A stretch of 64,000 nt of DNA from Microcoleus sp. (GTDB lineage Bacteria; Cyanobacteriota; Cyanobacteriia; Cyanobacteriales; Microcoleaceae). This document shows positions 52,856 through 61,173 of the stretch, one piece after another; position 1 is the stretch's first letter; each line of letters begins with the position of its first letter. The notes beneath the pieces are model-generated. The model did no database searches, was not told where the DNA came from, and saw only the letters and a program-made list of their open reading frames with translations. The translations under genes were made by a program, and so were the position numbers. The stretch is taken from positions 512,001-576,000 of the forward strand of contig CP181291.1 of assembly GCA_052279835.1 (NCBI GenBank), read 5' to 3'.

Positions 52856-54298
52856 TTAGGGCTGTTTAGTAAATAAATAAATGTCATCCCGTTGATATTT
52901 CAGTTGAAATTTGGGATTGTTGGTGAGTTGATTTACTAAGTTTTGCACAAAATCTCGATCGCTCATCCAGCCTGGATAGCGCCAATTCAGCAACACATAG
53001 TCAAATTTTGTCAGATTTGCAGGCGGCGTGTGAGCCAAAGTTAATTTTACCACAGGACGGTGACTTAAGTGCGGAGCAATATTCGATGTCGTTAAAACAT
53101 TGCCTTTAGTTTGAACCAGAGAAATTGCCTCTTTCGTTGCCGGCAGAGTGTCAATGCCTTCTAAATAAATACTCCAAAAATAGCCGTATTTCGCCAAGCA
53201 CAAAAAACTTATTAATGACCAAATTACGATATTACGCTCCCAGGATAAACTAGAAATTCTAAGGCGATCGAATATTTTAGGTATTTTGAATTCCGGCTGA
53301 TTATAGTCAGACAAATTGGCAATCACTGCCACCAATAAAAACGGGAATATGGGAATAGAATATTGATGAATTAAATCTCTTTGAGCCGGAATATCCGAAA
53401 GAATGTTCATAGCTAACATCGGCGCTGCACTAATCAAAGGTGTCAGATGCCGTGGAGAAATCCACCAAATTACCGGAAATAGCAATAAGGCTAAATACCC
53501 AAAAGTCTCCCCAGAAAACAAACGTGTTAGAATTAGATGGGGCTTCAATATCAAATTAGCAGCTATTTCTAAAACAGACTTACCTAAATATTGATATCTG
53601 CCGATTCCTGCGTGTTCTTTGCCTTGATTAAAATAGGGTACAATTGCCTGAGTTGCTATCAAAAACCAACCCACACCTAGAAATAAAGCGATTAGTCCGC
53701 AATTCCGCTGTTTGTCAAAAAATAACAGCCAAAAACCCATGGCTGCCACAGTTAAAGATAACACGGCTTTGCAACTCAAAACTAAGACAATGGCTGCACA
53801 AAACCATACTATTTTGTTCAGCCGCGCCGCCAAGATTGCTGCTAAAAGCGCGGGGAAAGCAATTACTTCTGGATGAAAGTCAAAAAGATTGACATTAAAG
53901 ACTGCGGGATAAAGCAGATAGACTGCTGCCACTGCCATTGATTTTTTTTCATCTAAGCCTGCTTGACGTGCTAAACTCCAACTAGGCCAAGCACCCAAAG
54001 CTAAGGAAATTGCTTGTACGAATAACAGCCAGTGAACGTCTGGATATATTTTGTAAAGTAAAGCGAGGGGATAAAAAATAAATGCTGCGTGATCGCCTAA
54101 AATGTTAACTGCCATTAAAGAAGAAAATGGCGTTTGATTTTGAGAGATTAAATAAATGGCTTGGTCAAAAATGGCTAAGTCGTAAGCAGTGGAATGAAAC
54201 AAAGCGTGTCGCACGCTACTGCAAGCAAATAAGATTATCGTTGTGGCGACAATCATTAAACATACTGGATGGAGTTTTAGAGATTTTAAGGTTAGCAT
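52856..54298 (-). CDS. DUF2079 membrane protein (predicted glycosyltransferase-like)
   Basis: DLAIFDQ, GDH, NLFDFHPE and HQYS motifs; multi-TM. Confidence 0.88.
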   Translation of the reverse strand: MLTLKSLKLHPVCLMIVATTIILFACSSVRHALFHSTAYDLAIFDQAIYLISQNQTPFSSLMAVNILGDHAAFIFYPLALLYKIYPDVHWLLFVQAISLALGAWPSWSLARQAGLDEKKSMAVAAVYLLYPAVFNVNLFDFHPEVIAFPALLAAILAARLNKIVWFCAAIVLVLSCKAVLSLTVAAMGFWLLFFDKQRNCGLIALFLGVGWFLIATQAIVPYFNQGKEHAGIGRYQYLGKSVLEIAANLILKPHLILTRLFSGETFGYLALLLFPVIWWISPRHLTPLISAAPMLAMNILSDIPAQRDLIHQYSIPIFPFLLVAVIANLSDYNQPEFKIPKIFDRLRISSLSWERNIVIWSLISFLCLAKYGYFWSIYLEGIDTLPATKEAISLVQTKGNVLTTSNIAPHLSHRPVVKLTLAHTPPANLTKFDYVLLNWRYPGWMSDRDFVQNLVNQLTNNPKFQLKYQRDDIYLFTKQP

Positions 54299-54307
54299 TT
54301 TATGGGT

Positions 54308-56044
54308 TTAATCAGCGATGCGTGTGAATAGCAAAACTTGGTTTTTTTCATAGGTTAATTGAAATTGGGGAGTTTTTTGCAGTTGAGTGGCTAAGTTATT
54401 GCCAATTTTTTCGGTATCAGGCCAGGGATGTCGTTGGTTTAATAATATGTATTTAAATTCAGCTAAATCTGTTTGGGGTGAAATTTGGGAAAGCAATTTG
54501 ACGATGGGGCGGTGGGCAAAGTGAGGGGCTAGTCTATTGTCTGTTAAGATACTACTTTGGGGTTGAATTTGGGCGATCGCTTCCCGTGTTGCTTGCCAAG
54601 TATCTAGTCTATTTAGATACAGAAAAAAGTCTTTGTACTCGCCGAGAAATAGGAAAATGATTAACGACCAAATTATCATGGCTTTTGGTAATTCCATTCC
54701 CCGCCAAAATTGAGGGAGTTGGGAAATTTTCAAGGGGAAAACAGAATTAATTTTTTGCCACAATTCAACATTTTTATCTCCTACTTTCCCCCATTGTGCG
54801 GGGTTGACGGGGGTTGACACAGAGTTAATTTGTTGCGATAATTCAACATTTTTATCTCCTACTTTCCCCCCTTGGGGGGGGTAGGGGGGGGTTGATTGTG
54901 CGGGGTAGGGGGGGGTTGATTGTGCGGGGTTGACGGGGGTTGACTGTGGGGAGTTGACTTGAGTTAAATTAGAGATAACGACTAATAATAAAAAGGGAAT
55001 TATAGGCACTGAATATTGATAGGCTAAACTGCGTTGAAATGGCAAGTCTGAGAGAATATTGATGGCGAGAGTTGGGAGGGCTGGAATGAGTGGAAGCAAA
55101 TATCGCATTCCTATTTTGCTGGAGAATGGCAACAATCCCCAAAATAGTGGTAAGCTGAGTAGGAATATATATTTAAAAGTATCAAATGAAAAGAATTTAC
55201 CTAAGATTAATTGTGGCTTTAGGATCAGGTTTATAATAATTTCTAGTACCGATTTTCCTAGATAACTGTAGCGCCCTACTCCGGCGACTTCACTACCACT
55301 AAAGAAGGGAATGATTTTTTGGGAAGCAATCACAAACCAGGCGATGCCGAACACAAGTGCGATCGCGCCGCATCGTTGTTTTTTTTCGCATAACAATAGC
55401 CATAAACCCATGGCCGCGACAGTTAGGGACAAAACTGCTTTGCAACTTAAGACTAATAAAATAGCGGCACTAAACCACATAATTTTGTTTAAACGGGCTG
55501 CCAAAATTGCTGCTAAAAGTGCGGGTAAGGCTATTACTTCTGGGTGAAAATCAAATAAGTTGATGTTAAATACTACGGGATATAGTAAGTAAATAAATGC
55601 GATCGCGCGAGATTGTTCTGGATTCAAACTTGCCAAGCGTGCTAAACTCCAGCTAGGCCAAGCCCCCAGGGATAAAGCTACTGCTTGTACTAAAAACAAC
55701 CAGTGGACATCGGGGTAAATTTTGTACAACCAAGCTAGGGGATAATATATTACCGCTGCGTGGTCGCCTAAAATGTGCATCTGCATCAAAGAGGAAAAAG
55801 GCGTTTGGTTTTGGCTGATTAAGTAAATCGCTTGGTCAAAAATGCCTAAATCGAAAGCAGTGGATTGAAACAAGGCGTGTCGCAAACTGCTACACAAAAA
55901 TAAAATTGTCGCTGTAGTGGCGATCGCAATTAGCAAACTCGACGGTAGCTGCGATCGACTTTCTTCTATATTTTCCGTGATGGAGACACCGCTGTCCTCA
56001 CTGGAATCATCAAAATTCGACTCATTCCGCATAAAATCTGCCAC
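54308..56044 (-). CDS. DUF2079 membrane protein, tandem paralog with an in-frame repeat insertion
   Basis: Same motifs as the neighbour, plus extra QSTPPYP repeats and GKVGDKNVEL twice. Confidence 0.88.
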   Translation of the reverse strand: MADFMRNESNFDDSSEDSGVSITENIEESRSQLPSSLLIAIATTATILFLCSSLRHALFQSTAFDLGIFDQAIYLISQNQTPFSSLMQMHILGDHAAVIYYPLAWLYKIYPDVHWLFLVQAVALSLGAWPSWSLARLASLNPEQSRAIAFIYLLYPVVFNINLFDFHPEVIALPALLAAILAARLNKIMWFSAAILLVLSCKAVLSLTVAAMGLWLLLCEKKQRCGAIALVFGIAWFVIASQKIIPFFSGSEVAGVGRYSYLGKSVLEIIINLILKPQLILGKFFSFDTFKYIFLLSLPLFWGLLPFSSKIGMRYLLPLIPALPTLAINILSDLPFQRSLAYQYSVPIIPFLLLVVISNLTQVNSPQSTPVNPAQSTPPYPAQSTPPYPPQGGKVGDKNVELSQQINSVSTPVNPAQWGKVGDKNVELWQKINSVFPLKISQLPQFWRGMELPKAMIIWSLIIFLFLGEYKDFFLYLNRLDTWQATREAIAQIQPQSSILTDNRLAPHFAHRPIVKLLSQISPQTDLAEFKYILLNQRHPWPDTEKIGNNLATQLQKTPQFQLTYEKNQVLLFTRIAD

Positions 56045-56214
56045 TACCTGACTCCTGACAAATCCTCCAATTCATGAGACATCTCCCGAAAACTAAGGTG
56101 GGAACAGGCTGAATACCTGTTCCACAAAAATTATGGGAGAGGTCTATTAGTCGATCGCCAAATTTCATCCCCGCAATCGTAATATTAGAATGATCCACAA
56201 AACCTTAAAAAATT

Positions 56215-57405
56215 GTGAAAGCTATAACTCTTCTCGGCTCTACAGGCTCCATCGGCACTCAAACTCTAGATATTGTAGCTCAATACCCCGAACAATTTCG
56301 GATTGTCGGCTTAACCGCCGGACGAAATGTGACATTGCTGGCGCAACAAATCAGACAATTTCGGCCATCCATTGTCGCGATTGGGGACGAAGATAAATTA
56401 CAGGAATTACAAGAGGCGATCGCAGATATCGACCCTCAACCTATTTTACTGGCTGGGGAGACAGGCATTGTCGAAGTTGCCAAATATGGCGACGCTCAAG
56501 CCGTCGTCACCGGCATAGTGGGCTGTGCTGGTTTGTTGCCAACAATTGCCGCTATCCAAGCAGGTAAAGATATCGCCTTAGCCAATAAAGAAACATTAAT
56601 CGCAGGCGGTCCCGTTGTCAACCCCCTCATCGAAAAACACGGAGTTAAAATATTACCAGCCGACTCGGAACATTCCGCAATTTTTCAGTGTCTCCAAGGG
56701 GTAATTCCAGGTGGCTTGCGGCGCATTATTCTTACTGCTTCGGGAGGTTCTTTTCGAGATTTGCCCATTGAAAAGTTAGCGGAAGTGAAAGTGGCGGATG
56801 CTTTGAAACATCCGAATTGGTCCATGGGACAAAAAATTACCATTGATTCTGCAACTTTGATGAATAAAGGGTTAGAAGTAATTGAGGCTCACTATTTGTT
56901 TGGAATGGATTATAACGACATTGATATTGTCATTCATCCCCAGAGCATAATTCACTCCTTAATAGAACTGCAAGATACGTCGGTTTTAGCACAATTGGGA
57001 TGGCCAGATATGCGGTTGCCACTGCTTTATGCCTTGTCTTGGCCGGAGCGCATTTATACTGATTGGGAACCATTTAATTTGGTAAAAGCGGGGGATTTGA
57101 CTTTCCGAGAACCCGACCATAAAAAGTATCCTTGTATGCAGCTAGCCTATGCGGCGGGACGGGCTGGCGGTTCCATGCCTGCGGTATTGAATGCGGCGAA
57201 CGAACAGGCTGTTTCACTATTTTTGGATGAAAAGATTCAGTTCTTAGACATTCCGAAATTGATTGAAAAGACCTGCGACAAACATCAACAAGATAACTGT
57301 ACAAATCCTGGTCTAGATGATATTTTGGCTGCGGATAAGTGGGCGAGGCAGGAGGTTTTGGCTGAAAGTATGGAATTGGGCGATCGCATTCTTTCGGTTC
57401 GGTAA
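56215..57405 (+). CDS. dxr: 1-deoxy-D-xylulose-5-phosphate reductoisomerase
   Basis: [26 protein letters not shown] and NKGLE motifs; GTG start. Confidence 0.98.
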   Translation: MKAITLLGSTGSIGTQTLDIVAQYPEQFRIVGLTAGRNVTLLAQQIRQFRPSIVAIGDEDKLQELQEAIADIDPQPILLAGETGIVEVAKYGDAQAVVTGIVGCAGLLPTIAAIQAGKDIALANKETLIAGGPVVNPLIEKHGVKILPADSEHSAIFQCLQGVIPGGLRRIILTASGGSFRDLPIEKLAEVKVADALKHPNWSMGQKITIDSATLMNKGLEVIEAHYLFGMDYNDIDIVIHPQSIIHSLIELQDTSVLAQLGWPDMRLPLLYALSWPERIYTDWEPFNLVKAGDLTFREPDHKKYPCMQLAYAAGRAGGSMPAVLNAANEQAVSLFLDEKIQFLDIPKLIEKTCDKHQQDNCTNPGLDDILAADKWARQEVLAESMELGDRILSVR

Positions 57406-57585
57406 TTGTGTTACTAAACTTGCACGGGTTCTGAGGTCTGTGCCACAAAAAGTGCATAGTAGGATGGTGGAACAGGCCGGAGAGCCTGTTCTTAAAAATC
57501 TCCGATAGATAAGGGGTAGGCATTCTTAGCGCTACCCCTACAAATATATCTGAATCCTTTAGGATTACTATATATGTTTACTCTT

Positions 57586-58098
57586 CTATTTGCTAACTTT
57601 CCCCCGCAAATCAGTCGCAGTTATATTTTCATACATTTCAAAGGGTTGATGAATCCAAGGATTATCAGCTAAATAATCTACATAATAATCTGGTTTCGCA
57701 GCGGAACCAGCTTTGTACCAAAGCACCGCCGTCCGAATTTCCTGAATATCTGGGCTGTAGCGACTCTTCAGCCACAGGATACTTTGCTGCAAACTCACCC
57801 CCGAATCGACCAAATCGTCAACCAGCAGAACTTTTTTACCTAAATCATCGCCCACCATGGTCAAATCGCGGGCAAATTTAATCGAACTTCGGACTTTCCC
57901 CTCGGCTCCACCATAGGATGAGGCTGCTAAAATTGCCAGGGGTTTGTGGAAAATCCGCGACAAAATATCGCCAGCCCGCAGCCCACCACGGGCTAGACAC
58001 ACAATGCTATCGAAGTTCCACTGAGATTCATCAATTTTTACAGCCAAATCCTCAATTTTTCGATGGTAATCTGACCAAGAAATGTAAAGGTCGCTCAT
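57586..58098 (-). CDS. Type I phosphoribosyltransferase (purine salvage-like)
   Basis: LARGG, PRPP-binding VLLVDDLVDSG and WI.QP.E motifs. Confidence 0.9.
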   Translation of the reverse strand: MSDLYISWSDYHRKIEDLAVKIDESQWNFDSIVCLARGGLRAGDILSRIFHKPLAILAASSYGGAEGKVRSSIKFARDLTMVGDDLGKKVLLVDDLVDSGVSLQQSILWLKSRYSPDIQEIRTAVLWYKAGSAAKPDYYVDYLADNPWIHQPFEMYENITATDLRGKVSK

Positions 58099-58276
58099 GC
58101 CTAATATGATTGAAATGTTACAGATATTATTAAATATTTTGATGACAATGGCATGAAATTATCCAGGGAGCAAAGCCCCAGATTGATTGCTTCCCATGTT
58201 TTAGAATACTGAGGACTGGCCAAATCCCAAATTTCCAATCTTAAATTCAAAATCCCCAATCAGATGGGGGCTGATT

Positions 58277-58477
58277 TTAATCTACTACTTTCAGCCACCC
58301 ACGACGCACAGCGTGCAGCAAACGGTTGATGGCTGTCTGATCTTCTTCGGTGAGACACTCGTTTAGTAGTGCTGTCCTGATCTGTTGTCGGTGAGTCCGA
58401 GTTAATAAACCAGAGTGATATACCTGAAAGACTAGCTCTGCAATGGTAAATTGAGGTAAAAGTGTTTTGGTCATCAT
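58277..58477 (-). CDS. Small hypothetical protein
   Basis: SG.LT..HR..I..ALL...L.EED..AINRLLHAVRRG. Confidence 0.7.
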   Translation of the reverse strand: MMTKTLLPQFTIAELVFQVYHSGLLTRTHRQQIRTALLNECLTEEDQTAINRLLHAVRRGWLKVVD

Positions 58478-59038
58478 TGGATTTTTATTGAACTCACTTT
58501 TGATAGTATTGACTTCTTTATTTAAGATTGATGTGATTTCTATACAGGAGTAAATGTGATCTATTGGCTGGGAATTAGTGATTTGTGTCATCGGTGATTC
58601 TCTCTGGGGCTTGTATCTAATCGAGCCCAGGAATCTGGTACTAACTCCGTCTCAATTCGTAGCTTTGGACTAGGACCTAATCGCTATTATATCTTAAAAT
58701 ATTTTAACACTTAAATTCATAATTCCTAATGTCTTGCTACTGATGACGGCCAAGGGGTGAAGTCTGACTGGTGACTAGGCCGATTTGAGGCTGGGATTTG
58801 GGAAAAGCAGCACCAAGCCTGGGATTCAATCTCACGCCGCAACTGACTGAAGGGACACAATCGACAATCTCACATCCCCAATCTGAAATTGTTGGACTGC
58901 TGACTACTGACTGAAGCCCAAGGGACTGAAGCCCCAGTGACTAATCAGTGACGAGCATCCGAAATCCAAAATCCGAAATCAATCTGATATATAATAATCA
59001 CAAACACTGTGAGTTCAGAAAAACAGAGGCGGGGAAAC

Positions 59039-59257
59039 ATGATAGTTATTGGTTATTTCTTGATTGCTTCAATGGTTTTTTTAGTTTGGTTTCAACGTTT
59101 TTGGAACGATACGGCTACGTCTAAAACAGACTGGATATCTTGGGTCGCTTTAGTGTTCGGTCCTCTTTTTTGGCCTGTAGTTCTGCCCCTCTCCTTTTTG
59201 CAAATAAGTATCAAAAGACCCCCAGTAGAAGCAGCTAAGTTAGAGGAAGAATCCTAA
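59039..59257 (+). CDS. Small membrane protein
   Basis: Two hydrophobic segments; D..SW....FWP.VLP. Confidence 0.65.
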   Translation: MIVIGYFLIASMVFLVWFQRFWNDTATSKTDWISWVALVFGPLFWPVVLPLSFLQISIKRPPVEAAKLEEES

Positions 59258-59531
59258 TTAATTATTGAGGCAAGAGTTCGGAACACATGGTGTAATTGAA
59301 TACAAGGCTGCTTTCTGGTTATGAGTTCAATCTGGTGGTGGGCCCGGTGGCATTTGGCTCTCGTGGTGCGGGATTATTGCAAATTGTATCGCAGCTCACT
59401 ATTGTCGGGATGTCAACAGCAATATGGCTGATTTTCTCATCTGGATGGTCATGGTGCAGAGCCAATCTTAGATGGTCGCAAAAATTTGGATTTTTGGGGA
59501 ACTATCCGTGGAACTCAAAAGTCTGGTTAAT

Positions 59532-59701
59532 GAGACTTACAACTGTGAAAGTTGCGGTCATGCGATGGACAGGGATTTGAATGCAGCAATTAATTTATCG
59601 CGGTTGGCTAAACCGTGAAAGCTTGCTGAGGGATAGCCGCTCCCATGCTCCCGATGAAGCAAGAAGCAAATGTCTAGACTTGTCTAGTATTTGTATAGCA
59701 G
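59532..59701 (+). mobile_element. tnpB: tnpB 3' remnant with IS607-like right end / omegaRNA scaffold
   Basis: Encodes ETYNCESCGHAMDRDLNAAINLSRLAKP* (59532-59618), then GAAGCAAGAAG...TCTAGACTTGTCTAG...TATAGCAG. Confidence 0.8.
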
Positions 59702-59868
59702 TATACTAACAGAACCCAACTTGGTCAAAACCCGATTCCGGGCGATCGAACCAGTTGCGATCGACACTAAGTACCACTCCGGTGCGATTTCTCCCTATTG
59801 AGTTCGCGATCGGATTAAAAATGGTTGATGTGTATTTGCAGCATATTGTATTATCTTTGTGTTAGTTG

Positions 59869-59907
59869 GAAGCCCCAACTATAACGAAGCTTAGTTGGGG
59901 TACTTCA
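59869..59907 (+). mobile_element. IS200/IS605-like end hairpin remnant
   Basis: GAAGCCCCAACTA-taacgaagct-TAGTTGGGG-TACTTCA. Confidence 0.5.
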
Positions 59908-60030
59908 GATGACAGCCTATAGCAGATGGGTAAATTAGAGTCTCAACCGATGCCCGGTTTAATTTATTGAATCCCTTTGGAGGGAAAAGTGTATTGTAGA
60001 AAAATGATTCATCTTTTAGGAGGAGTGTAA

Positions 60031-60888
60031 ATGACACAGCTAATTAATCCAACTACGCCAGCAATTTCAGTCACACTGCCGGGTGGTGGCTCCAATATTA
60101 GAGGTATCGCAGGCGACAACAGGTTGACTGGCACCGCACAATCCGACATTTTGCTGACTTTTGGAGGCAACGATGTCCTCGCCGGTGGAGATGGCAACGA
60201 CCTGATTTTATCCGGTGGTGGCAATGATGTCATCGGTGGCGGTCCTGGCAATGATATTGTAGCTGCTGGTACTGGCAACGACATTGTAGCTGGTGGCGAT
60301 GGCGACGACTTACTCTTTGGCGGTAAAGGAAATGACCTCCTTGATGGCGGTGCTGGCAATGACACCGTTTCTGGAGATCAAGGGAACGACACCGTACTTG
60401 GTGGTAGTGGCAACGATCTCGTGCTTGGCGGTGCTGGCAATGACATCGTGGTTGGCGGTGACGGCAACGATAGCGTCTACGGCGGTCGAGGCAACGATAC
60501 TGTTGATGGCGGTGCTGGCAATGACTTTATCTCTGGCGACAGAGGTTCGGATGTCCTCACAGGCGGTGCTGGCAGCGATACCTTCTACTTCTTCTCTGCT
60601 GGTGGAGATTTCGGTGTAGACACGATCACTGACTTTACACCTGTGGAAGATAAAATTCGCTTGAAGTCCGGCGGTGCTTTCGCTGCTTTGGGCACAACCT
60701 TTGAAGCTAGCGAGTTTGTTGTGGTTTCTGGTTTCACCCCAGCGACTCCAACTGCTGCTACGGCGAACAAGTTGGTCTACGATCCGACAAGCGGTGTGTT
60801 GTACTTCAACCAAGGCTCTTCTGTGCTGACTGTGGCTCAGTTGACACCTGGTCTGACGATTACTGCAAGCAACTTCGAGTTGTTCTAG
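60031..60888 (+). CDS. RTX hemolysin-type Ca-binding secreted protein
   Basis: About 16 GGxGND nonapeptides; D.ITDF...D.I.L and LVYD..SG.LYF; AGGAGG RBS. Confidence 0.93.
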   Translation: MTQLINPTTPAISVTLPGGGSNIRGIAGDNRLTGTAQSDILLTFGGNDVLAGGDGNDLILSGGGNDVIGGGPGNDIVAAGTGNDIVAGGDGDDLLFGGKGNDLLDGGAGNDTVSGDQGNDTVLGGSGNDLVLGGAGNDIVVGGDGNDSVYGGRGNDTVDGGAGNDFISGDRGSDVLTGGAGSDTFYFFSAGGDFGVDTITDFTPVEDKIRLKSGGAFAALGTTFEASEFVVVSGFTPATPTAATANKLVYDPTSGVLYFNQGSSVLTVAQLTPGLTITASNFELF

Positions 60889-60963
60889 AACAACTGGTGA
60901 TTGTGGGGCGGCACTGGATTTTATCCGGGGCTGTTCTCGCAAGGTTGGTAGTTTTTCATGATT

Positions 60964-60998
60964 TCAACCTCACTCTGCCAGTGGCAGGGTGAGGTTGA
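60964..60998 (+). terminator. Strong hairpin after the RTX gene
   Basis: TCAACCTCACTCTGCCA-g-TGGCAGGGTGAGGTTGA. Confidence 0.65.
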
Positions 60999-61173
60999 TT
61001 AAGTGTAGAATTTTTTTTAAATTTTTTTTTTAACATTTGCTAACAATCAGTAAGATTTGGTAGATGTCTTTGTATTATGTATAGTCAGCAACCCAGCCCT
61101 AAAGGGATCGTAAAATATCAAAAAGTTTAAACATTAAAATTTAGGGTGAAGAAACTGCAACTGCTGGCGAGTA

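Noticed and set aside
59296..59580. 94-aa ORF before the tnpB stub
   Set aside because: No homology cues, and it overlaps the tnpB remnant in another frame
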